This document shows positions 11,601-22,290 of a DNA stretch of 47,265 nucleotides, piece after piece (the first letter of the stretch is position 1; every line of letters starts with the position of its first letter). The DNA is from Toensbergia leucococca (Eukaryota). A program made the translations under genes and the position numbers. The notes under the pieces were generated by a model. It ran no database searches and was not told the origin of the DNA. It saw only the letters and a program-made list of their open reading frames with translations. Where the stretch lies: the NCBI GenBank assembly GCA_022813965.1, contig JALDZS010000180.1, positions 1-47,265 on the forward strand. The letters are read 5' to 3'.

Positions 11601-14100
11601 CACTCACTTCGGCACCCTCTGTAACATATTCTATAGCCTTTAGTAGTTTCCCAGTTTTTGCGGCTTTGAGAAGACTGGGCTTGCTCGTGAGCCTTATCAA
11701 ACGCCTGGATTCCTGCTTACTCAGAACCAAAAGTTCTTTCAAGGTCTGGCTGATTCTGATTTTCTTGGCTAAAGACGAGCTTTTCTGCGCCGACCCATCT
11801 GCAAGATGTTCGATGGGGAGACTGGCTTTAAGGCCCGAACCCTCAAGCTCTACTATGATCTCATCGCTGGTCTTCTCTGAGACGATTCCAGTGACAACAT
11901 CTCCAGGCCCGAGCTTACTAAGAGCCTCCTGCTGTGAGGCTCCAAAGACCGAAGGATCCTTGCACGAAACCGTCATTCGCTCTTCGCTAGGATTGACGGA
12001 AACGATATGCACGTTAACTACTTGACCGATTCGAAAATGCTGCTTCGGGTCCTGAATATAAGACTCGCTCATCTCTGACACTGGTAAAAAGGCCCGCACA
12101 GGACCGTAGAATTGGACAATGGCGCCAGATGATAGAATGCTGACGATGGTGCCAGGCGCTAGGAGACCAGGCACAACATCTTCGTAGGAGTCCCATATCG
12201 CAGCATCGCTATTGACAAGAGTCTTTTTGAGCGTTATACGTAATTGTCGCCTCTCCAAGTCCACGGATAATACCCGAACATTGACCTTTGTCCCTTCCTT
12301 GAACCTTTTCTCGGGATGCTGCAAATGTACATCTGAAAAATGAATCTCGGGAACTAGGCCTGTAATACCATCGGCTATATTCACCAGAATACCGCTCACG
12401 CCAGTAGACTTTATGACTAGCTTTTCGACCGTACCCTGCAATGTTTGACCAACTCTGACATCTTCCAAGCAGAGAAATGGCTGGTCAATTATCTTTTGCT
12501 CCAGCGAGACAAGAAACAAACCATCCATTGGATTGTAGCCAACGATACGACCTCTGTGAACCGAACCAAGCTGATGTTTCCCACTCGACTCGGATATTGT
12601 CTCTGTCTTGCCATCTGCGATTCTTGATATGTGTACAAAGCCTTGGACGCCTTTGACTCCTACATCAACAAATAGTCCAACCCCCTGCTCAACCTTTGTC
12701 ACCACTACCTCCTGCTTAATTGTGGACAGGGGTAGCGTTTGAGTTGGAAGAAAAGTCTCCTTTTGAGAATCTGGAGCGGTCCTTTTTGAAATTAAAGACA
12801 CGACATGGTCCAATAACGACACTCCAAGTTTCCTCTCGTCCGTACTCGGAAAAGTACAGATAATGCGTGCCTTGGTTTTACCACCGGTGATATATCTCTT
12901 CATGAGATCTTTTCCACTCGCCGTTGCCCCTGAATGGACCAGGTCGGCAGTGACGTCCAAAACACCCATGACTTTGCCTGTGATACCAGACGCTGTGACC
13001 TCGGCGATCAAAAGCTCTACAGCTGTTCCTGGTAGGAATGAGTCAATTGTTGGCGCATCCGTAACGAAGTTGCTTTTCTTGACATTCCCTGCTTTTTGTG
13101 GGTCCGCAGACAGCTTGATGATATTCCCGTTGGAACTCAATCCGGTAATGAGACACAAGTAAACGGCGCCCTCCCCGATCTTCGAGAATTCAACATAATG
13201 TCCAACTTCCTTGGACGACATAAAGCCTTTTATAGACTTGTCCTCAAGACTTAGATTCATGATGAGACCATGGTCCTCGATACTGGAGACGGTTGCCTGC
13301 ACCATAGAATTGACTACCAAGTCGACTTTCTTGAGCCCCAGATTTGCCTGGCGCGGATTAATCGATAACTCGATTCGTTTTTTCCCCTTCCCTCCCGAAG
13401 CTGTGTCATTTTTTGTTGAAGTGACATAGGCACGAAAATATTGGCCGAGTGAGAACAACGACTTAATATCAATTTCCTTCTCATCAGCTTCACCCTCATC
13501 CGCACCATCTTCCGCTACCAAATGCTCTATCTTTTTCGTCAATGTATCCGATATCGCAGTCAGTGGGACGTAGCCCGTCAAGTTATTCGGCAAAGCTAAG
13601 GCGATGTCGTAACGATTAATTTGAGACACTTGACCAAGGACCATAGACCCTGGTACGAGCCGCTGTCGCCAAGGTCAGTCAAATTTTTCCCTTGGAAGGG
13701 ATCTGGCGCATACACTATAGCTCAAACCCTCTATCCTGACACCCGCCTCTTCCACTTTCGCTGTAGAGTTCCGCTTGTGATCCTTGAGCCTTAACTTTGG
13801 CTTCGTCTTTGTCGGCACGTCCCTGGAACGGAAATGTTCATGCTCAAGGTTTTCCTCATCTTCAGAATCATCCCCAGGGGCCTTCTTGCCTGTGCTCTGC
13901 TCAAAGAGGACATCTCGTGTAGCTTGGATTTGAATCTGTTTGCGTTCAAGCGGAGTCAAAATGCTTGCGCCCCCTCGAGGGAAAGACGGCTCTTCTTGGT
14001 TGAAAACGGATAGTTTCGATGACGATATGACAGGCTTCTGTTTCTTATCCGGCCGAGGGTTGTTGGCCTCCACATCGCTTTTGCGTTTAAATGATGGCAT
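8657..14100 (-). CDS. RRP5: rRNA biogenesis protein Rrp5 (S1 repeats plus C-terminal HAT/TPR repeats), 1779 aa, 3 exons (14100-13714, 13662-9208, 9154-8657)
   Basis: N-terminal FPRGGASILTPLE, many S1 repeats, PQSVADFERLLLGQPNSSYLW, and C-terminal FPKRLDLW/KYFFKRWLEYEE. Introns 13713-13663 and 9207-9155. Confidence 0.97.
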
Positions 14101-14584
14101 AATGAGAATTACCTGGGGAGAAACGGTCAAAGGAGGGTTGAGAAATCACACTTTAAGCCTGGTATATATTGCAGTCACTGACATTGAGACTGCTGAATGT
14201 TTTCAAGGACTCGAATAAGGTTGTGAATGAATTAAGGAGCATGGAGTTAGTGATATTGCATTTTACATTTTACGAGAATTGAGCTGTCTGTGTCGTGAAA
14301 AGTTTCCGTTCTTGAAGTTTAGTACAGAATCACGGCTACCTAGTCTCGAGCTAGAAGATATTGAGCTTAGTACGGATAGCTTCTGCCAAGCGAGCTCGCT
14401 AGGTATTCTACTTGTATTCTATTTTAATTGGTTTCGAGGTTCGCGGCTTTTGGCTCCGTGACGTGTTCGTGTTGAAAGCTCAGTCTCCAAATCTTGTCTA
14501 TCTTGGCTTTTCTATATTGCTTAACCTAACAACAGCTATGGTGCTTGATTCCATTCGAAGATGAAGCTTTGATTTATTACTACC
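14101..14584. promoter_or_regulatory. Bidirectional promoter/5'UTR region between RRP5 and the Cdt2-like gene
   Basis: Head-to-head ATGs 484 bp apart. RRPE-like TGAAAAGTTTC at 14296-14306, 12-bp palindrome AGCGAGCTCGCT at 14389-14400, CGCGAA (minus strand) at 14440-14445. Confidence 0.55.
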
Positions 14585-16841
14585 ATGGCGTGTCAAGGAA
14601 ACAGCCCGCTTGGAAAAACTACATATACAAGCAGAAATCCTGCACCGGATGAAATCCTCTTGTCTTCGCCTGTTCTTCCGAGTGCTACGAAACCCAAGAA
14701 GCGACCAACCGTGACCCCAAGGACTTTCACCCGCTTCTTTACTCCGAGATCGTCCCTAGGAAGAGGCGCCAAGATTGGAGCTTCGAGAAAGGCATTGAGA
14801 GACATCACTGCTTCAGCTTCTAATCGAAACGCTTTCCTGCCGCCGAGAACGCCCAGCAAGAGAATTGAACAACAGGATGAGCTTTTCGCAGAACTTCCGA
14901 AAACTAAGAAGAGGAGAATACTTCCCTCACCAGACACTACTCCTGACCGATCTTCGCCCTTGAGGAAGATACGAGGCCAACCCCTTCGTCTCCAGGAAGA
15001 TGAGAGTCTTGAGGAGGGACAGCATACAGATACGGAAGAAGATGTTTTGGAAAAGTCCGATGAAGAGAATCATGGGCTAGACAAGAGGACTGCGAGACTC
15101 AGCAAGGCTAGAATTCGTTCAGGCCTCGATGGGTCAATTGGGCGAGTACTGCGTCGACAATTAGGTGCTTCGTCTAGAGTTGAGGAGCCGAGGAGTCTAG
15201 TCCCAGGCAGTGGTTTGTTATCCGAAGCGCTCGCCAGGATTCTCCGCTGACTCGATTAGGTTGGCAAATGGAGACCGCCAACTTCTTCAGCAGGAACGAA
15301 GATATGTATTTTTGCACAAATATTGCCGCGCCGTTAGGACGAGCGCTACCATTTTGTACAGTCGGCTGTAACAGTAAGTCGCCCAACTCAACTTGTTAAT
15401 ACCGGGAGCCTGGGACTGAATCAGATGCAAAGCAAATCCTCTTGTCGCAATTGGGGATGAAGAAGGTGGTGTCCGCCTCCTTGAGTCTGCAAAAGATGGC
15501 AGGCCAGGATTTTCAAAGGCATACCTTGCCTTCCGCCCACATACGAATGCCATCCTTGATTTGACATTCTCTTCGGACGATATGCTCATGGCGACCGCAT
15601 CTGGCGATCAGACTGCCCAAATAATTGACATGCCCTCTCAAAGGACTATATTTACCATGGCGGGCCATGTGTCATCAGTCAAGCAGGTGCGTTTTCAACC
15701 TGGGAACTCCAATAGCGTTCTTGCAACTTCAAGTAGAGACGGAAGTGTGCAGATTTGGGACCGGAGATGCACAGGATTTGATGGCCCTGTCCGTACTGTT
15801 CAAGTACCTTCAGAAGCCTCCGACACTTCCACCACTTCTAGGACACCGGGAAAAAGCAGGATGACATGGGCTCGCTCAATCGACTCCATCTATTCTGCCC
15901 ATGCAGGGCAAACAAAGGTTTCTCCAAGCTTGATACCTAGCGTCAAGCCCATTTCAGCTGGTGATACCCCGTCAAAGACCGAAGCTCCAAGCAGGAGAGG
16001 TGACATCTCCGTTACCGCTCTCTCTTTCCTCTATCCTAGCCAAGAGCATCTCCTTCTCACCGCCTCCGAAGCGAATGCTAGTGTTAAGCTCTGGGATCTG
16101 CGCACAACACATAATCACCGTCGAGGCCGTGCTACACCGTTATCGACTACTCGGCAGCCTGAGAGTCATGACAAGCACCGTCACTTTGGGTTGACATCTT
16201 TGGCACTCGGTGGTGACGGTGCGCGCCTGTATACCCTTTGCCGAGACAATACCATTTATACATACTCAACATCACACCTGGTTCTTGGCTACGACCCAGA
16301 GCTCTCCTTGTCGAATTCACGAGCGCGACGGTCAGGTGGCCCCGAGAAAGAAGGCCTTGGCCCCATGTACGGATTTCGACACCCTCAATTTCATGCAACC
16401 ACGTTTTACGTAAAGTCGGCGTTGCGGCATACGTCAGATGACAGAAGCGAGCTGCTTGCTGTTGGGAGCAGTGATGGATGCGCCGTAGTGTTCCCTACCG
16501 ATGAGCGCTACCTCCAGCGCCAACGTCACAGAAATACACCAGAATCGGCAAGGCTCCAAAATTCTCGTACAAGTAGTGCCGTTGGGTTCTCTGCTCGACT
16601 GAACGACAGCATTCCAATCTACCAGAACGGCTCAGCATTTGTCAGAGGGCATGAAAAAGAAGTAACTAGTCTAACGTGGACCTCAAAAGGTGAGCTAGTC
16701 ACCGTTGGGGATGATGCAGTGGCGAGATGTTGGCGAGAGGGACCGGATGCCAGGGATTTGAGGATGGGTGGTGAGCAAGGAGGCCGGAGATGGGGGTGTG
16801 GATGGGCGGAGGCGGATAGTGACTGGGATGATGATGAGTAA
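14585..16841 (+). CDS. cdt2: Cdt2/DTL-like WD40 substrate receptor of CRL4, 716 aa, 3 exons (14585-15212, 15260-15373, 15433-16841)
   Basis: VAIGDEEGGVRLL, PHTNAILDLTFSSDD..ATASGDQT, GHVSSVKQVRF, TFYVKS and GHEKEVTSLTW..VGDD..RCWR match the Cdt2 WD-repeat pattern. Introns 15213-15259 and 15374-15432 keep frame. Confidence 0.85.
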
Positions 16842-16977
16842 TGGCGGAATTATGCGAATACCCATGTTGTTAGGATTAAGAGTCGACTTTCGACTTTCTT
16901 GTTTAGAAAAGTTGTTCTTCGACGGATGAGATCTTCGTAAACAGGACTACGGCAAAATATAATTCCGACGTGCGTCT

Positions 16978-17936
16978 TCAATTTTTGCCACTGATATCTT
17001 TCCATGGGCAGTCTGTATCAACTACCGCCTTGAGACTTGCCATATCCTCGTCAAGGATGGCAATCTCCGCATTTACCCGCAACAGTCTCTCCTTGAGCAT
17101 CTTCTCATAATCTTCATCTGATAGCACCTTCATTGGACTCCACTTCATATCCGCGACCTTTTGCAAGAAGGTCTTTCGAATTTCCGAGTCGTTCATAGCA
17201 ACTTCTGCGTTTTGAGTGTGTTTTGCATCCAAGAAATTGTACGTCTTCTGACCCAGGGCACCAAATATCAAGAACATGATTGCCCCAGGGATGACATTCG
17301 CGCGACCTCCTACCAGTGTATGTGAACAAGGATTCGAAGAAGGAATGACGGGTTTTGGAATCTCAAACATACTGGTCAGAGCAGCTACACCGCCACCTGA
17401 AACCCCTCCCGCAATACCACTTGCGTAGACTCGGTCTTTCGGCAATACTCTCTCGAGTTCCCAAGCGCGAATGACTGCTCCTCTAGTTGCTAAGAGACCT
17501 TTAGTAACAAGCCCGCGGCTAAAGTGAGTCCAGGGGGTATACCCCAGAACGTGCTGCCTAGCGCGAACCATTGGATTCCCGAGGCCAGGGCAAAGAGAAC
17601 TGGAGTTGAGGAACGGATAGTACCTCCGATGCCGCCAAAGAGGAGACCAGTTGTGCCTTTTTCATATGTAAGAAGATCGTCTTGGCAAATGAAAAGTGCA
17701 AACAAATGATAAGTCCTAGGTGTGGACTGTCTTGACGCTCTCTATATGTTGCGTAACTTTGAATAGCAGAAGGACATAGGCAAGCATGAGAAATGTTATA
17801 AGAAGACATAGATAAGGACAATGAAGAGAAAAGAAGAGAGAGTGAACTTGTTCTTACCGCTCAGTGCTCCAATCTTCAAGGCTGGCCACACAATTAGTCC
17901 AGCAGGGAGTCCCTTCGATGTCTCAGACTTCTCCAT
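16978..17936 (-). CDS. Conserved-looking fungal membrane protein with Gly-rich TM segments (Tim17/Tim22-like), 213 aa, 4 exons (17936-17858, 17656-17543, 17489-17373, 17309-16978)
   Basis: Spliced product MEKSETSKGLPAGLIVWPALKIGALSGTTGLLFGGIGG...SGIQWFALGSTFW...SGIAGGVSGGGV...PGAIMFLIFGALGQ...KWSPMKVLSDEDYEKML; frame closes at 642 nt. The family assignment rests on the GxxxG TM pattern only. Confidence 0.75.
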
Positions 17937-18254
17937 AACATCGACAGCATTAGAGAATGAAATATGGTTTTTTGTTGTGAAATATGAAGTCAGTAGAAGA
18001 TGGTGGTCGCCTTATGGGGTTGAGCCTCATGATGAAATCCTTCCGTCTCGCTTCACGCTAAATGCACTTCAAAATTTGATTGAACGCACCCTCAACCTCA
18101 ACTTTTCCCCCCACAACTACCGACCAACACATCACCGATCGGGACACGCCTAGGCTTGTTTCACATCTGGCCCACGTAAACGTCAGAAGTACTCTCCGTT
18201 CTAGATCAAGACCTCGCAGCGTTCAGGGCGCGCGTTGATCTAGTAATCGCAATC

Positions 18255-20401
18255 ATGGGTCAGTCTATCTCACACCTAGCCTTACGTCGCCTGGTCGATT
18301 CGCTGCATACTGCGATATTCAATGCACCTTACTAATCTATATGTTCGTAGCTCCTCCGAAGGCGAAAGGCCAAAAGATGGCTTTAGGGGAATTTCTCACA
18401 GATACCTGTACACAAAAAATGTTTGAATTTTGCAGACTAGAAAACGCTGACATCAGTAGCTCTGGGATCTTGGGCAGATGAGATGGAAGATATGCCGATG
18501 CCTTGTAAGTTGTTACATCCGTCTCTGTAGGCATAGACTAATGAATAACCCGAAAAGCTGGTATGACAGCCACCTCACGCCTCCCCTTGCCTGACAAATC
18601 CTTTAGTGTGAATGCGGAGTCTGGGTCTGACAGTCCTAGGTGGCAGATCTGGTTATGGCGGCGGCGATCGTTCGTTTAGCTCTGGAGGTGGCTTTAACAG
18701 TGCGGGCGGACTCGCAGGTAAAATTTCCTCCACCATGCGCTTCCATATAATTTGTTGAGCATAACTTGTTGAGATGTTTGAGACTAACATAGAACAATAG
18801 AACGTGGTGGTTACTCTGTGCGCGAACAGCTTCCGCTTCCTAGCAAACCGCCGTTCACTGTACATCTGGGCAACATGTCTTTCGATGCTACCGAAGGAGA
18901 CATTCAAGATTTCTTTACAAGTTGTTCAGTGACTAGTGTGCGTATCGTCGAAGACAAACTTGACAGGAAACCAAAAGGATTTGGGTATGCTGAGTTTGCC
19001 ACTTTGGATGGATTGAAAAAGGCCCTGGAGTTCAATAATACTCAGTTTCAAGGAAGAAATATCAGAGTCAGTGTCGCTGAGCCACGTAAGTCTACGACGA
19101 CAGAGTGAAGTTTAAGAAACAACATCCATGCTTACTTGACATCTCTTGTAGAGAAGGACCGTCCTGACGCTCGCGAACTTGGTGACTGGACCCGGAAAGG
19201 CCCGCTCCCAGACATTGGTGGACAGCGACGAGTATCAGAACGTGGCGGATTCGGAGACCGCGGCGGGGACCGAGCTGGCTTTGGCTCTCGAAATTTTGAT
19301 AATGTTTCAGAAGCAGGTAGTGATCGCGGCAGTCGCCGTCCTGCGTATGAACAAGGCGATGGTAAAGTACGAGACTTTGGCAATTGGGAGCGTAAAGGAC
19401 CGCTTACTCCAAGTCTCCCCACTGGACCTGCAGCTAGGAGTATGGATCGCCCAATCAGTCATGATGGACCACGTGATCGAAGAAACTCGCCAGCATGGGG
19501 AGAGGGCCGGTCTCAGGAAGGATCACGCCCTCCGAGGCGGGAATTTGTTGAGAGACCAGTCAGTGACCGGGCGCCAACTGCTCCGGAAGTAGACAATCAG
19601 TGGAGAACCAAGATGAGGCCTGACCCTCCTGCCGTTCCGGTGATTAATTCACCCACTCCTTCGAGTCGAGAACTTAGCACTCCACCCTCACCCGCCGCCG
19701 CTCCAGCACCGGCAACGCGCCCCAAATTAAATTTGCAAAAGCGTACAATTTCCGAATCCGAACCAGCAGCAGCTCCCAAATCTGCAAACATGGATACCAA
19801 AATCAGTCCTTTTGGCGCAGCTAAGCCAATTGACACATTTGCTAAGGAAAGAGAAATTGAAGAGAAGCGAGAGGCAGCGACACGACAGAAGAAAGAGGCA
19901 GAGGACAAGGCCCGTGAAGAAAAGAAGCTCACCGAGGACAAAGCTCGCGAGGAGAAACAGATTGCAAAGGAGGCTGAGAAGACTGAAAAGACCGAAAAGG
20001 CTGAGAAAGTACCCGTCTCCAAAGAAAAACCAAATAAACCAAATGGGCAAGAAAAGGAGAAAGAGAACGGAATCCAAGCTCCACAATCGGGAAAGAACTA
20101 CGAAATACTACGAAGAACGGTAGACGGAGATGCCAGCACTGCAGACGAGGAGCTGGAAACAGGAGACGAAAACGGAATCATTACCGAAGACAAATCTATC
20201 AAGCCCAAGGAAATTGTCAGAGATATACCTACGAAGAAGGCCGATGGGGGTTTAACGACCAATGGGGTGGAATCACAGCAGGTCGACGCATCAGCAGATA
20301 CCAGTGCTGATGCTCTGGAAGATGATGGATGGAGCACGGTATCGAAGCCCCGCAACAATCGACGGGCTGGCAATCAAGCCGCTCGTGCCATCGCCTCCTA
20401 A
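18255..20401 (+). CDS. TIF3: Translation initiation factor eIF4B, ~573 aa, exons 18255-18258, 18351-18407, 18460-18504, 18558-18560 (microexon), 18640-18717, 18801-19085, 19152-20401
   Basis: KMALGEFL..GSWADEMED N-terminus, PPFTVHLGNMSFD/KGFGYAEF RRM, repeated WxRKGPL motifs, RPKLNLQKRT and SPFGAAKPIDT, all characteristic of fungal eIF4B. Confidence 0.93.
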
Positions 20402-21289
20402 ATCCAACAAAGCAAAAAGCCCATCCGGCAAGCGATATTGTTCTCCCTCTTTGTATTCATAGCCTGATCCCTTTCTCCAGCACATTATGCGCATCTCCTA
20501 CTTCGATCTGGCCCGCATGTGATACTTCCGCAGGCAGGCGTTCCGGACATAGCCGTCGCCGGCACTTCACACACAGTTCAACCTTTGTTATCCTCTATGT
20601 GCACACCACCATTCAGCAGAATCGGAAGATATTCACCTTGCATCGTTGCATGCATGCACACACGTACGCTTTTTCTCTAATCGATCGATCAAAGAAATCC
20701 TTCTTATTTTCTGGATAGCCACTTTGCCTATGCGCTTGCTTGGTCGCGAAAAGTGTCGGAGCGATCATTCATAGCGATGGATGGGTGGCATTGTTCAGAC
20801 AACTCTTGTGTGATATCGTGCTAGATGTGTGCTGCATAGGTAGGGGGGTGGTGGGGAAATTGTTTGTATTTCTTTCTCCAAGACAGGGGGAGAGAGGGGC
20901 AATGAGTGTGGTTGTTGCCAAAATGATAGGGTGGTTGGGTTATTTTTTTTCCTTCTAAAGGGGATGTAGGGGGAGCGAAGGGGGCGGGATTCGTGTACTT
21001 TATTAGATTTGCAAAACAAAAACTCCTCTACCTAGGGTATCTAATTGATGTGTTCGATTGTTCAGTGGGGCGTTGAAGATACTCTGGATTGCTTTTTTCT
21101 TGCTCTGGGTGCCTGACTATAGTTGAATAACAAACAAGCTTCGTGGCAGAACCCTTTCGGACGAAATCACCCAGTCACCCACCTACCCCACAACGAATTC
21201 CCTCCACGCAATCAATTCTTTTCCATCCAACACATTTCAGCTTCAAGAACGAAGTAACCTTTTGGTTTTTTTCTTCTTCTTCGTTCCGT

Positions 21290-21620
21290 TGCGAGACAAA
21301 ACATATCTGAAACCCCCCCTTTTGTCATTCAGCATTGAAAGCAAAGCGAAAACGCACCGCCCCCCCCCCTGCTCCCTTTTCTCAAACCCCCCCTTCACCA
21401 CCTTCTCACGTGCTCTCACCCTTTCCCCCCTAATTCTCCCTCCCCACTCATTCAAACTACCATCACCCTCCCCCCATCCCTATCCAATTTTTCCCTCCCC
21501 TCTTCCCTCTTCCCTCATACACTCTCACACTTCTCTCATCCCCATCTCCCCCCCTTCAACCACCCCACCACACCGCACCAAAGTCCTCCCCACCCCACCC
21601 CTCTCACCTCCGCCCTTCAC
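21290..21620 (+). repeat. C-rich low-complexity tract between the convergent eIF4B and FMP27 3' ends
   Basis: Dense C-runs including a C10 at ~21360 with very few G; preceded by a G/T-rich block at ~20820-20990. Confidence 0.7.
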
Positions 21621-22290
21621 AAGAACTCAAGAGCACGTACCACTCTACCAGAAGCACCTGTTCAAATCCTCTTCCAGCTCGGCTGTGTTTAGATATGCGT
21701 TCAAGAGGGGTAGATTTGCACCATCTATGAAGACACCTCCATCCAGCACTCCCCAAACTTCCCAAAGAATCCTGGGAAAAGATTATCCGGACGTGTAGTC
21801 AATCAATTTCGGATTTTTTTTAAGGTAGGTGTATTCATGAATGAGCCAATATCTCACAAAAGCACACATCGCTAAGACCTGATGTGGAAATTCTTCTGTT
21901 TTTTTCCGGGGAAGGGGGGGGGGTTGTTTGGACCTGCAACGCAGAAAGCCTGACGTTATGGTCCCGGAGTGCGTGTACAAGACAGTTTCGGAAACGTTAT
22001 CGTTGGCATATTTACAGTATACCCTCATCTGCTAGATTCGGTATCAAGAGGCCACCTTACCCCCTCGACAAGCTAGGTACAAAAAATCCTCCTAAGATCT
22101 CAGCCAGCACTATGAAGATATCTAGGTTCAAAACGCCGGCCCAATGCGTAGTCCTCTCTGCGGACTCTGGTTCCATCCAAAAACAAGAAGAAGACGAAGA
22201 AGAAACGAAACAAGGATCAGAAATTAATCATTGTACAAAATTGAAGCGGCTAGGTACGAGTCCCCAATTGAGAAGGAGCATGGGGAAGTT

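Noticed and set aside
8724..13508. Many antisense or alternate-frame ORFs over RRP5 (likewise over FMP27, eIF4B and the TF gene)
   Set aside because: Shadow ORFs of long coding exons with no independent coding evidence.
18505..18639. Stwintron interpretation of the twin introns in eIF4B
   Set aside because: Removing either intron does not rebuild a split donor or acceptor of the other; both have complete signals, so a 3-nt exon is the simpler reading.
21100..21175. Hammerhead-ribozyme-like look (CTGA...CGAAA closed by CTGGGTG/CACCCAG)
   Set aside because: The core reads CTGACTA, not CTGANGA; there is no stem I or correctly placed NUH cleavage triplet.
21262..21798. 178-aa Pro/Ser-rich ORF
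   Set aside because: TTG start and a direct by-product of the C-rich low-complexity tract; no domain features.
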